In this document: positions 38,418 through 48,420 of the stretch, one piece after another
Position numbering within the stretch: the stretch's first letter is position 1
Layout of the letters: every line of letters starts with the position of its first letter
DNA from: Thermaerobacter marianensis
GTDB lineage: Bacteria; Bacillota; Sulfobacillia; DVGY01
Length of the DNA stretch: 64,000 bases
Reading direction: 5' to 3'
Assembly (NCBI GenBank): GCA_020724425.1
Contig: DYGY01000003.1
Location: 65,233 to 129,232, forward strand
The notes under the pieces: model-generated
What the model was told of the DNA's origin: nothing
Seen by the model: the letters and a program-made list of their open reading frames with translations, nothing else
Database searches by the model: none
Made by a program: the position numbers and the translations under genes

Positions 38418-39428
38418 AGCCTTATCTGCCCATTCAGGGTCTGTTAATAGAGCTCTACCGATACCGGCAAAGTCAACCTTGCCTTCACGAACTATCGCAT
38501 CGGCGAGACTTGCTTCAGTTATACCACCGGTTAGAATAACAGGAGCTCTCTCTCCCACTCTTTCCTTTACCTTTTCTGCTAATGATAGAAAATATGCAGC
38601 AGGTGCTCCCTTGGGTCTGCTCCCACCGATACCACCAGAAATATCAAGAATGTCCACCCCGGCAGCTACTAGCCACTCAGCAATTTCCACACCTTCCTCA
38701 ATCACTAAGCCCTTCTGGGACATTGGCACAGGCACTGAAGGTGCATAATCAGCAGCTGCAAGACGATATATCAAAATCGTATTATCACTAATTACCTCTC
38801 GCACATGCCTCACTACCTCTAATACAAAACGAGCCCTATTTTCCAGCGAACCTCCATACTCATCCGTTCTCATATTTACAAGAGGAGAAGTGAACTGATT
38901 TAATAGGTAGCCATGAGCACCATGTAATTCTACAGCAGCAAACCCTGCCTCTTCAGCTCTTTTCGCTGCTTTACCAAACTGAATCTTAATTCTCTCTAGA
39001 TCTTCTAAAGTAAGTTCCTGTACTTCATCACCACTGGCATACAAAGGATTGGGATGGGGAATTGGAGAAGGACCATAAACAGGCAAACCAGTAACTTCAC
39101 TCTTAGCAGCATTACCTGCATGAGTAATCTGTAGAGCCATGGTTGCCCCATAGGGTTTAAGCCTTTCTAGTAAATCCTTGTACAATGGTACCAAGCCATC
39201 TTCATGAATCCCAAGTTGAGTCTTGCTCAATTTTCCTTCAGGTGTGACATATGCATGCTCAACAATCATTAACCCCACTGATTTAGCTCTCATACTATAG
39301 TGCTTAAAATGCTTCTCTGTAGGCTCTCCAGCTTCTGTAGCCACATCACTGGCCATGGGAGCCATTGTTATTCGGTTACGAATCGTATGTCCCCTCACCT
39401 CAATTGAACTTAAAAGACTGTTTTTCAT
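38400..39428 (-). CDS. Old-Yellow-Enzyme family NADH:flavin oxidoreductase
   Basis: RNRITMAPM, HGAHGYLL, FAG/GG TIM-barrel FMN motifs. The start is MKNSLL with AAGGAG SD. Confidence 0.8.
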   Translation of the reverse strand: MKNSLLSSIEVRGHTIRNRITMAPMASDVATEAGEPTEKHFKHYSMRAKSVGLMIVEHAYVTPEGKLSKTQLGIHEDGLVPLYKDLLERLKPYGATMALQITHAGNAAKSEVTGLPVYGPSPIPHPNPLYASGDEVQELTLEDLERIKIQFGKAAKRAEEAGFAAVELHGAHGYLLNQFTSPLVNMRTDEYGGSLENRARFVLEVVRHVREVISDNTILIYRLAAADYAPSVPVPMSQKGLVIEEGVEIAEWLVAAGVDILDISGGIGGSRPKGAPAAYFLSLAEKVKERVGERAPVILTGGITEASLADAIVREGKVDFAGIGRALLTDPEWADKALEMLR

Positions 39429-39482
39429 CAAATCAACTCCTTGTTTCCTTGGTTTTTCATCATTCATATACTTCTCAATAAA

Positions 39483-40292
39483 CTAAAGTCCACTAAACAC
39501 ATCTACTTCTAACCCTCTAGACCTAAGCTCTTTAATATAAGGGGTGATACCCAGTCTATCACTGGAAATATGGCCCGTAATAATGAGATTGCCTTTAACC
39601 TCAGCCTTCAGTCTAGGGATATCCCCATTGGGGATATGAATATATATCACTGTATCAATCCCATGGTCATAATATGCCTTAGCAACGTTATAGCCCCCAT
39701 TGGTTCCAGCCGCATGAGCAACAACCCATTTACCCAGTGGTTTTGAAGGATCACCTAGAGCTACACGAATATCTGTTTCAGCTTTCTGGAACTCTTCATA
39801 CTGCATTAAGGCTGTAATAGCATCACCCACAGTCATTTCGGGAATCTCTAGTTCTTTTTTCTTAAGAGCATCTAGCATCCGCAGCCGACCAAGTTCATCT
39901 AAGGGTTGATGAATATTGAGAAACGGCATCCCTAATAACCTTGCCACAGATGGTGCATGATCATTATTAGCCCGATGAAAATTCCAGCTCCAGTGGTTAA
40001 TTAGATCCTCAACTGCCTTTTCAGCCACATCTTCAGGAACTCCGTTTTCCCTTAAGAAATCCACATGCCGATGCAATACCTCACCAAAACCCTTAGAACC
40101 AACCGGATGATGAGCAATTACAGCATCATAGCCTAATCTATCCGCCAATACCAGTTCAGCAACGCCAACGTCTATACCAATGAGGACTTTCTTAATGTCT
40201 TCTCCTTCAACATATATGGCACTATCTCCGGGTATCTCACTGAAATCTGACATTACAAGAGCTATCTGCATTAATTCTTGAGTATTAAACAT
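39483..40292 (-). CDS. Nif3-family (YqfO/YbgI-like) dinuclear-metal-centre protein
   Basis: AHHP and ITGHISS motifs. Confidence 0.5.
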   Translation of the reverse strand: MFNTQELMQIALVMSDFSEIPGDSAIYVEGEDIKKVLIGIDVGVAELVLADRLGYDAVIAHHPVGSKGFGEVLHRHVDFLRENGVPEDVAEKAVEDLINHWSWNFHRANNDHAPSVARLLGMPFLNIHQPLDELGRLRMLDALKKKELEIPEMTVGDAITALMQYEEFQKAETDIRVALGDPSKPLGKWVVAHAAGTNGGYNVAKAYYDHGIDTVIYIHIPNGDIPRLKAEVKGNLIITGHISSDRLGITPYIKELRSRGLEVDVFSGL

Positions 40293-40369
40293 TTAAGTTC
40301 CTCCCTCTATTGCGATATTTTCCCCTAAAGGCTAAACTAAAGTCAGACAACTTGGAAGAGGTGACCTTA

Positions 40370-41566
40370 ATGAACGAAGAACAATCACAGCCTCGCATTT
40401 CCTGGGAAATGCTTTTTCTCTTTTTTGTCATCATGGTCTCATTTTTTGATACACTATCCCAGTTACCAATCATCTCACCCTATGCACGACATCTTGGATC
40501 AACAGAGCAAATGATTGGCCTAATAGTCTCTACATATAGTCTAGTTAACTTCTTTGCCAACTTCTTTGCCGGCTACTTCATTGATCGTTACGGTCGTAAA
40601 ATAGTTATAGTCCTAGGTATGACCACAGCCGGTATAGCTATCTTTCTCTATTCTGTAGTTACAACCCCACTGCAATTCCTTGCAGTACGCGTCCTCCATG
40701 GTCTTGGCGGAGGCTTTTTAGTACCCGCAGCCTTTACTAGTGCAGGTGACCGTGCTGCAAGTAGTACCAATAGAGGTGGTACAATGGCCAAGGCCGGTGT
40801 TGCCGTAGCTGTTGCTGCAATTCTTGGACCTCCTTTCAGTGGCATTATGAAAGATCGCTTAGGCTATGACTATGTCCTCTATTCTGTAGCCGCCCTACTG
40901 CTAATAACTGCTTTGCTAGCAGCAATTTTCCTAAAAGAAACCCTTGGCGAAAGAGAAGAAGAAACCGGTCCAAAGACCTCATACAAAGACATCTTTAATA
41001 GACATACTCTCTGGATCTCATACCTAGCAGCATTCTTCCTAATGTTCGGTCAGGGCATACTAGCACTTAGCTTACCCCTGTATACAGAAAACCTTGGTAT
41101 CTCCTCAACAATGACAGGAGTTCTTTTTTCTAGCTTTGCTTTTTCTGCCATGATCATCTTTATGATTCCAAAGAACTGGATTGGTAAACTGTTAAAAAGA
41201 GAATGGAACAACATCTTGTCTATAACCATTGGCCTATTCTTTGTCTTGCTTTCTCTGTTTCTAATACCGTTCTTTACAGATTTATCACTGCTGTTTGTTT
41301 CCATGTTGATATATGGTATCGGTTTTGGATTCCTCTTCCCTGCTATGAATACACTAATTGTTGAAAGCACAGAAAAAAGGGAAAGAGGAACAGCTTTTGG
41401 TATCTTCTATGCCTTTTTCTCTCTAGGCGTAGTTTTAGGTCCTCTTGTAGTATCATTCTTTCAGTCTATACCTTTAAGTTCTTTCCATATTGGCAGCCTG
41501 TTTGTAGCTATTGGCCTTATAACAGTGCTCCTAATCAAATCAAGAATATCAATTACCCACGACTAA
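40370..41566 (+). CDS. MFS transporter
   Basis: 12-TM protein with a GRK-like loop (DRYGRK). Confidence 0.8.
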   Translation: MNEEQSQPRISWEMLFLFFVIMVSFFDTLSQLPIISPYARHLGSTEQMIGLIVSTYSLVNFFANFFAGYFIDRYGRKIVIVLGMTTAGIAIFLYSVVTTPLQFLAVRVLHGLGGGFLVPAAFTSAGDRAASSTNRGGTMAKAGVAVAVAAILGPPFSGIMKDRLGYDYVLYSVAALLLITALLAAIFLKETLGEREEETGPKTSYKDIFNRHTLWISYLAAFFLMFGQGILALSLPLYTENLGISSTMTGVLFSSFAFSAMIIFMIPKNWIGKLLKREWNNILSITIGLFFVLLSLFLIPFFTDLSLLFVSMLIYGIGFGFLFPAMNTLIVESTEKRERGTAFGIFYAFFSLGVVLGPLVVSFFQSIPLSSFHIGSLFVAIGLITVLLIKSRISITHD

Positions 41567-41915
41567 AATCGAGTGCTTGTGTTGAAACCTAGACACAAGT
41601 TCTGATTGACTAGCCTAAGTCTTAAATGACTACGTTACCAACAAATATATAGGCACCTTGGGGTACTCCTCTAGCTCCAAGCACTGCGGTTGCTGGTTAA
41701 ACAGTTCTGAGGGGTAGGAACAGTGCTGTCAGCAAAAAACTGTTGGATAACATTGGCGAAAAGAAAATTACTATTTTTGCTATTTTTCTAGAATAGTTTA
41801 CCGATACGCTTTTAACTACTTACAAAAAACTAGCACTCATACTAAAAAACGAGGATGGCGTTCCTCTCATGACTGAAGTCACGGGTATCCACGCCACAAG
41901 TATTATGAACTGATG
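41544..41915 (+). repeat. Copy B of the ~300-370 bp repeated element (inverted relative to copy A). It spans the MFS stop codon, the 3' UTR and a 14-codon mini-ORF.
   Basis: Aligns with the reverse complement of 13693-13990. It carries an extra 63-nt segment (41623-41685) and a CGAGGATGGCGTTCCTCT hairpin. It is followed by a GATGGCTATCC/GGATAGCCAT hairpin (41908-41934) that terminates the convergent MFS gene. Confidence 0.8.
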
Positions 41916-41935
41916 GCTATCCTCAGGGATAGCCA

Positions 41936-43171
41936 TTAATCCTTTATATGTCTAAAGAAATAGTAGAAGAGGAAAGCACCGATAAGGTAACAGATAGTCG
42001 TGAGAGTAAACGCTTCAGAAAAGCCATAACGCACCTGAACATAGCCACTGACTAACGGACCTAACCCACCCCTACCTAAACTACCAAGCATCGCATTAAG
42101 ACTGGTAAGAGTGGCTCTTTGATCCTCATTAACCTGCTCCATACTAAAAGTCATCTGAACAGGACCTGACATATTCATGAGAGCACTTCGCATATAATAC
42201 GCAACAATCACAACCCCTAAGTTATAGGAGTATGCCAAGATCAACAAGAAGGGAATAGAGGCAAGCTCCGTATAGAATACAGTCCTCACCTTCCCAAATC
42301 TCTTGGCCAGCAACGGTGATGCCAGAGTCGCAATAGCAGTCACAATAGAACTAAAAGCAAACAAATAACCTATACTCCCAGTAGAAAGTTCAAACCTCAA
42401 ATTAAAGAACAACTGAAAGAAAGTAACCATGGCACCTGCACCAAAAGACACAAACATGCTTGGTAATAGTAGCTTGCTAAAAAGTGCCCATTCCTCCTTA
42501 CCCTGAGGCAAGGGTAACCTTCTCTTCTTCATAACCGGTTTAACATTAGTCATCCTTAACGCTGGAAAAATAGCCAAAGCATTAAAAAAAGCTACAGTTA
42601 AGAAAGCCCCTCTTAAAGGCCCTGTGGCTGTTGCCTCACTTCCCCATAAAACGGCAAGATACTCTGGTAACATACCACCAATCATACTACCTACAAATCC
42701 AGCACCCATCATCAAAGCAAAGTTAACCGAAAATAGATATACCCTCTCCTTATCATTGCTGTTAGCCGCCATCATGGGAGCCCCAATTACCCAGGTCAGA
42801 GCACCAGCAACACCAAGAGCCAAAGATGCACCAATTAACCCTGGAGAAGCCTCAAAAAAAGCCAAAGCAAGTACAGCCAGAGTACTAAGAACACTTCCGG
42901 TTACAAGAAAAGTCTTGTAACCATATCTATCTGCAGCCATACCAACGGGTAAACCAATAGCGAGAATAACAATGGAGGGAAGGCCATTCAGCAGGCCAAT
43001 AAAATCCTGCTGATATCCCAAAGAATATATGTAGAGGTTAAAGATAAGATGAAAGACACTAAAACTAATACTGGTAAGAGCTGTATAAGTAAGATACTTT
43101 TTTGCATTAGGACTGAAATTCTTTACAATACCACGATATTCTAGTGCTCCAACAATAACCCTTTCAACCAC
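41936..43171 (-). CDS. MFS transporter
   Basis: 12-TM MFS layout. Confidence 0.8.
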   Translation of the reverse strand: MVERVIVGALEYRGIVKNFSPNAKKYLTYTALTSISFSVFHLIFNLYIYSLGYQQDFIGLLNGLPSIVILAIGLPVGMAADRYGYKTFLVTGSVLSTLAVLALAFFEASPGLIGASLALGVAGALTWVIGAPMMAANSNDKERVYLFSVNFALMMGAGFVGSMIGGMLPEYLAVLWGSEATATGPLRGAFLTVAFFNALAIFPALRMTNVKPVMKKRRLPLPQGKEEWALFSKLLLPSMFVSFGAGAMVTFFQLFFNLRFELSTGSIGYLFAFSSIVTAIATLASPLLAKRFGKVRTVFYTELASIPFLLILAYSYNLGVVIVAYYMRSALMNMSGPVQMTFSMEQVNEDQRATLTSLNAMLGSLGRGGLGPLVSGYVQVRYGFSEAFTLTTICYLIGAFLFYYFFRHIKD

Positions 43172-43234
43172 AGCAAATTCCCCCTAGATTAACTCTCGAG
43201 GGTATATTCTACGAGTATCGAAATATTCCTGCAA

Positions 43235-44356
43235 CTAAATATGTGGCAGATCCCGACGCATTCTTCTATTCCTAAACTCAATAACCTCTGTCCAGTGTAC
43301 AGTCCTAACAATCTCCAGATCCTCTTCTTTAGAAAGATCAATCACTCTTATACTATCATAGAAAGAATACTCAGAGTTCTTAATCACCCTGACAACCGGT
43401 CTTTCAACATCCACACTGTTGATATCAGTTACAACAGCAACTTCACCTGAGCTCAATTGAACCATTGTGGCAATCGGGTAGGGAGCTACAACCCTGAACA
43501 AAGAATTAACAACATCCTTAGAAAAGAACCGATCCTGTTCACTTTTTAGGAGTAAAAGCCCTTCCGCAGGGTGTATAGCCTTTTTGTATGGCCTATCCGA
43601 AGTCATAGCATCATAAACATCACAAACACTACAAATCTTAGCATATACCGTGATTTCCTTGTCGTTTAACCCTCTAGGATAACCTGATCCATCCAATCTT
43701 TCATGGTGTTGATAAGCCACATGAGTAATCTGAGTACTTCCTAACCGACTTAAGGATTCAAAACCCTCAACTGTATGCTGTCTTACCTTATCCATCTCAA
43801 CTGGTTCCAGCTTTCCAGGCTTATTAAGGATATCCTCAGGAACATACACCTTACCTACATCATGTAACAGACTACCAATACCCAACTCGATTAATTTTGA
43901 TCGCTCTAACCCCATCACCTTCCCAATTGCAATGGATAGAAAAGCCACATTACTAGAATGACCAAAGGTATGATCAGTCAAAGCCTTAATATCAATAAGT
44001 TCCACAACTACTTCCGGTTGAGACAAAATATCATCAACCATTAACCGCACTACCTCTTCCACCAAAGCCTTATTAGTCTTATTTAGCAGATACATCTTCT
44101 TCATACTATCTTGAACTGCCAGAGTGGCTGATGCCTTAATTGCTTCCCGCAACTGACTAGACACTTCAATATCATCATTCTTTCCTTCAGACACATAGAC
44201 CCCGCTATACCCCATATCTCTTAGGCGGTCTATATACTGCTTACGTAGGCTAACCCCTGCAAACAAAAGAGGTCGTCCTGAAGGATCATAAATCGTTCGA
44301 GCTAATCGCATACCAGGTTGTACTTCATCTATCATTAGAAGCAGCAACACACTCAC
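43235..44356 (-). CDS. HD-GYP-domain c-di-GMP phosphodiesterase
   Basis: HD..H..HHERLDGSGYP signature. Confidence 0.8.
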   Translation of the reverse strand: MSVLLLLMIDEVQPGMRLARTIYDPSGRPLLFAGVSLRKQYIDRLRDMGYSGVYVSEGKNDDIEVSSQLREAIKASATLAVQDSMKKMYLLNKTNKALVEEVVRLMVDDILSQPEVVVELIDIKALTDHTFGHSSNVAFLSIAIGKVMGLERSKLIELGIGSLLHDVGKVYVPEDILNKPGKLEPVEMDKVRQHTVEGFESLSRLGSTQITHVAYQHHERLDGSGYPRGLNDKEITVYAKICSVCDVYDAMTSDRPYKKAIHPAEGLLLLKSEQDRFFSKDVVNSLFRVVAPYPIATMVQLSSGEVAVVTDINSVDVERPVVRVIKNSEYSFYDSIRVIDLSKEEDLEIVRTVHWTEVIEFRNRRMRRDLPHI

Positions 44357-44476
44357 CCTTTCGTCAAACTAAGACATTATTTTATCTATTTGCCCACAAA
44401 ATTCCTTCTCCTTAGAAGGATATTAGGTTTTCTTGGAGAAGTAACTGTTACTGATAAGGGAGCAAGGGGGTCCAAA

Positions 44477-45208
44477 ATGTCAACTAGTATGTTAGATGAG
44501 ATAATTGAACGCGAAGGATTTTCTTTAGTCTGGCAACCGATATTTGATCTTAAGGACAAACAGATAATGGGCTATGAGATTCTCACAAGGGGCCCTAGAG
44601 GGTCAAAACTAGAAAACCCTATTAATCTATTTCAAGAAGCAAAACAACATGGCAAGCTCTTTGAACTAGAGAAAACCGTCATATCCAAAGCATTTCACCT
44701 AAAGAAAAAACATCTTCCAGCACATATTAAGATGTTTGTTAATGTAACACCGGAAACCCTAACACACCCTCTTTTCCCAAGGGTATTTTCTAATAAATAC
44801 TTTGCAGAACTTGGTATTCAGCAAAGCGAAATATCGATAGAAATCACCGAAAGGAGCAGCATTACCAGTTATGAAAACTTAAGAATACTCTTAACAGATC
44901 TTCGTCGCAATGGCTTTTACATAGCTCTAGACGATACAGGAAGTGGGTTTTCTTCACTAGAAGCTATCGCTAGAGTCCAACCACATTATATAAAAGTCGA
45001 TATGTCTCTCATTAGAAGAATCCATGTAGACCCGATTAAACAAGCAGTCTTGGAGATGCTTGTCGGTTTAAGTCAGCGGTTAGGCTGCTATTTAATAGCA
45101 GAAGGTATTGAATACAGAGGAGAACTAGATACCCTAACAACTTTAGGAGTATCTTATGGACAGGGTTATCTTTTGGGGAAACCCCAATCCCAACCAAAAC
45201 AATCTTAG
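44477..45208 (+). CDS. Stand-alone EAL-domain c-di-GMP phosphodiesterase
   Basis: QPIFDL, EILTRGP (EAL variant), DDTGSGFSSL, KVD motifs. Confidence 0.75.
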   Translation: MSTSMLDEIIEREGFSLVWQPIFDLKDKQIMGYEILTRGPRGSKLENPINLFQEAKQHGKLFELEKTVISKAFHLKKKHLPAHIKMFVNVTPETLTHPLFPRVFSNKYFAELGIQQSEISIEITERSSITSYENLRILLTDLRRNGFYIALDDTGSGFSSLEAIARVQPHYIKVDMSLIRRIHVDPIKQAVLEMLVGLSQRLGCYLIAEGIEYRGELDTLTTLGVSYGQGYLLGKPQSQPKQS

Positions 45209-45213
45209 AAGAG

Positions 45214-45951
45214 GTGACAACAATGCATGACATTACAAAAGCTATCGAAATTGCCGAAAAGATCTACTGGGTCGGACACTATGATCCTGAAACAGCTCTT
45301 GTTTCAAACCCCTATTTATTAGTTGATGAAGAAGAAGCAATTCTTATCGATCCAGGATCAGTGCTGGACTACCACCAGGTATCAAGAAAGGTATTTACTA
45401 CAGTTGAGCCTGATTCAATTAACTACATTATTCTTCATCATCAGGACCCTGACATTTGTGCTTCAACACCTCGGTTTGAGGAAGTTGTTAATCCCTATCG
45501 TCAGGTAATTACTCATTCACGCGCAGCTGTTCTTGTAGTACATTATGGTATTAAATCACCATTCTATCTAGTAGATCGTAATGATTGGGAACTAACGATG
45601 AAAAGTGGTCGCAAACTACGCTTTATATTCACTCCATATCTCCATTTCCCGGGAGCCTTTGTTACCTATGATGAAAAAACAAAGACTTTATTTACAAGTG
45701 ATCTTTTTGGAGGTTTCTCTTATGATTGGAGCCTTTATGCCAACGACTACTACCTTGAAGCTGTTAAGGCATTCCATGAAAACTATATGCCTTCAAAAGA
45801 GATCCTTTCTCACAGCATTAAAAAATTGCGGGATTTAGATATTAAAATGATAGCACCACAACATGGTTCAATTATCCTAGAAAAAGACATACCGAGGTAC
45901 CTTGATGCGCTTGAAGACCTAGACTGTGGCGACTATCTGCTAATTCCCTGA
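45214..45951 (+). CDS. Metallo-beta-lactamase-fold protein resembling the diiron domain of flavodiiron proteins (no flavodoxin domain)
   Basis: ILIDPG...ILHHQDPD metal-binding region, FTPYLHFPGAF; 245 aa. Confidence 0.55.
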   Translation: MTTMHDITKAIEIAEKIYWVGHYDPETALVSNPYLLVDEEEAILIDPGSVLDYHQVSRKVFTTVEPDSINYIILHHQDPDICASTPRFEEVVNPYRQVITHSRAAVLVVHYGIKSPFYLVDRNDWELTMKSGRKLRFIFTPYLHFPGAFVTYDEKTKTLFTSDLFGGFSYDWSLYANDYYLEAVKAFHENYMPSKEILSHSIKKLRDLDIKMIAPQHGSIILEKDIPRYLDALEDLDCGDYLLIP

Positions 45952-45958
45952 ACACATA

Positions 45959-46252
45959 TTGAAAGGAGCTGAAACTATGGCAACCACATACAAAGACCTA
46001 ATCCAGATAATAATAACTCGGGAAGCAGGTATAATTGGACCTGAAAAAACTGTTGAAATAGCGTATAAAGCAGGCATAAACGTAGATAATACCGGCCAGG
46101 TAACTAACAGTCACTTAACAATTGATGACCTTGAGAGACTGGCAGAGGAACTATATAACGCCTATGGCAACGTAACTCTAATTGGCTGTAAGGTTGCAGT
46201 TATGAGAGCAGCTCGAGCTGGTAACCTCGAACTACCTCCAATTCTGAAGTAA
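45959..46252 (+). CDS. Hypothetical small protein co-transcribed with the EAL and MBL genes
   Basis: 8-bp gap to the upstream gene; terminator follows at 46252-46280. Confidence 0.4.
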   Translation: MKGAETMATTYKDLIQIIITREAGIIGPEKTVEIAYKAGINVDNTGQVTNSHLTIDDLERLAEELYNAYGNVTLIGCKVAVMRAARAGNLELPPILK

Positions 46253-46280
46253 GCGGGATAAATCCCGCTTATATCCTTTC
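46252..46280 (+). terminator. Rho-independent terminator
   Basis: AGCGGGAT-aa-ATCCCGCT followed by a T-rich tail. Confidence 0.7.
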
Positions 46281-46325
46281 TCCCCCCGGGTACACTAACA
46301 ACAAACAAGAATCAAGGAGTTAAAG

Positions 46326-47507
46326 ATGAAACTTTCAGGCACCTCTAATGTACTAATACTTAGCAGTGTACCCTTTATCATGGTTTTAGGTAACACCATG
46401 CTCTTTCCAAACTTTCCAGAAATGGCAAAGGACCTGGAAATAACGCGAAAACAGCTTTCCTATTTAGTATTAGCCATATCTTTACCATCTGCTTTCTTAG
46501 CACCTTTTACCGGTATACTAGCTGATAGATGGGGAAGAAAAACCATCCTTGTCCCTTCCTTACTAATCTATGGTCTGGGTGGACTGGTATCAGGCCTATC
46601 AGTTTTCCTAACAGAAAACCCTTACCTTTACATACTTTTGGGAAGAGTAATTCAAGGGCTTGGCTCTGCTGGACCTATGCATCTTGCCACTGTTATGGCT
46701 GGAGATCTCTTTCAAGATAGCGAACGCATTAAAGCTGTGGGATACCTTGAAACTGCCAATGCCTCAGGTAAAGTAGTCAGTCCACTGTTAGGCTCAATAG
46801 TTGGATTAATAGGGTGGTATGCCCCCTTCTTTGTCTATCCTCTTCTATCAGTCCCAGTAGCTTTAGCTGTTTGGGTGACAATAAAAGATACTAGAAGAGA
46901 ACCAACCCCTCACTTTAACTTTAAGGCCTTAAAGAATATAACTACACCCCATAATATTATGGGGCTCCTAAGTGGTTTCTTTACACTCTTTTTGCTTTTT
47001 GAGACACTCTTCTGGCTAAGTGATATTTCTGCAGATCAATTAGAATTAAATAGACTTCTGCGTGGCTTTATTATCTCCTTGCCGGTAATTGTAGTAGCAA
47101 CGGTAAGTACTCTTGCAGAGCGTTTTGAACAGAAACTGCATCCCAAAGGTGCTTTGACCTTAGGACTCATCATATTAGCCCTAGCCGTAGCAGCTTTACC
47201 TATACTATTTAAGTCCTTCTGGCTCTGGCCTCTTCTAATAGCTATTGGTATTGGTGTGGGTCTGATTCTTCCAACACTAGATCTAATCAGCACATCACAG
47301 ATTGGTAGTGATGGCAGAGCCACAATAACCTCTGCCTACAGCAGTATTCGTTCTCTAGGAGCAGCTATTGCCCCTTTTTCCTTTGCTATCTTAAACGAAA
47401 TTAGCATGTCCTTTAGTTTCTGGCTACCTGCTTCACTTACAATACTCACAGCTCTAGCTAGCTGGAAATTCATCAATACTGATGAACTAGAGCACAGGCT
47501 TCTCTAA
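46326..47507 (+). CDS. MFS transporter
   Basis: 12-TM protein, DRWGRK loop. Confidence 0.75.
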   Translation: MKLSGTSNVLILSSVPFIMVLGNTMLFPNFPEMAKDLEITRKQLSYLVLAISLPSAFLAPFTGILADRWGRKTILVPSLLIYGLGGLVSGLSVFLTENPYLYILLGRVIQGLGSAGPMHLATVMAGDLFQDSERIKAVGYLETANASGKVVSPLLGSIVGLIGWYAPFFVYPLLSVPVALAVWVTIKDTRREPTPHFNFKALKNITTPHNIMGLLSGFFTLFLLFETLFWLSDISADQLELNRLLRGFIISLPVIVVATVSTLAERFEQKLHPKGALTLGLIILALAVAALPILFKSFWLWPLLIAIGIGVGLILPTLDLISTSQIGSDGRATITSAYSSIRSLGAAIAPFSFAILNEISMSFSFWLPASLTILTALASWKFINTDELEHRLL

Positions 47508-48407
47508 TAACCTGACACTACCTTGAACACTATCTAGTTCAGCCATAACATTATAAGGCCAAGTAGCCATATTAGAACCATGCCCTACCGCAAGACCATA
47601 AAAACTTGGTACCGGTATATCAAGAAAAATATCTGTCAAAACCTCTCTTAAAAAGAGACTTCTTTCCTGATCTTTAGGTAAACAGTTCACACATTCAGCA
47701 AACACAATACCTAATACCTCATTAAACTTGCCAGCTAATCTTAAGTGCGTAAGCATACGATCAATCGCGTAAGGTTCTTCATTAATATCTTCAAGAATCA
47801 AGATTCCACCCTCAGTATCTATCTCAAAGGGAGTTCCCAAGGTAGATGAAATTACTGATAAATTACCTCCCACCAGTCTTCCTTGAGCTCTTCCCGGTCT
47901 AATAACCATATGAGGAACATCCTCAGGATTGACAATTAAATCTCTGTCTCCAGCAAGCATAGACCAGAATCCATCTTCACTATATTCATTTATGCCCCTC
48001 CCAAAATGACTCATTACCATCGGGCCATGAAAGGTAACAAGACCAGCATACTTACCAATAGCTAGATGTAAAGCCGTAATATCACTAAACCCTATAAACA
48101 ACTTGGGATTCTCCCTTATTACCTCATAATCAATGTAATCCAAAAGACGCATTGACCCATAACCACCTCTTAAAGCAATAATGGCATCTATCTCAGGGTC
48201 AGCAAACATATCTAGCAAATTAGCCAAACGTTCCATATCTGAACCAGCAAAATATCCATGCCCACTGAAGGCTTGGTAGTTAATAGAAAATCCTGCTTCC
48301 TGTAGGTAATGAATACCTGCTTCCACATAAAGTTTCTCCCCTGGTGCAAAAGCGGGAGAAACTATACCTATCCTATCACCTCTTTTCAAAGCCCTACCTT
48401 TTAGCAC
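47487..48407 (-). CDS. LD-carboxypeptidase (peptidase S66, LdcA-like)
   Basis: GDRIGIVSPA, GFSDITAL Ser-nucleophile region. Confidence 0.8.
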   Translation of the reverse strand: MLKGRALKRGDRIGIVSPAFAPGEKLYVEAGIHYLQEAGFSINYQAFSGHGYFAGSDMERLANLLDMFADPEIDAIIALRGGYGSMRLLDYIDYEVIRENPKLFIGFSDITALHLAIGKYAGLVTFHGPMVMSHFGRGINEYSEDGFWSMLAGDRDLIVNPEDVPHMVIRPGRAQGRLVGGNLSVISSTLGTPFEIDTEGGILILEDINEEPYAIDRMLTHLRLAGKFNEVLGIVFAECVNCLPKDQERSLFLREVLTDIFLDIPVPSFYGLAVGHGSNMATWPYNVMAELDSVQGSVRLLEKPVL

Positions 48408-48420
48408 TCTATCAACTCCT

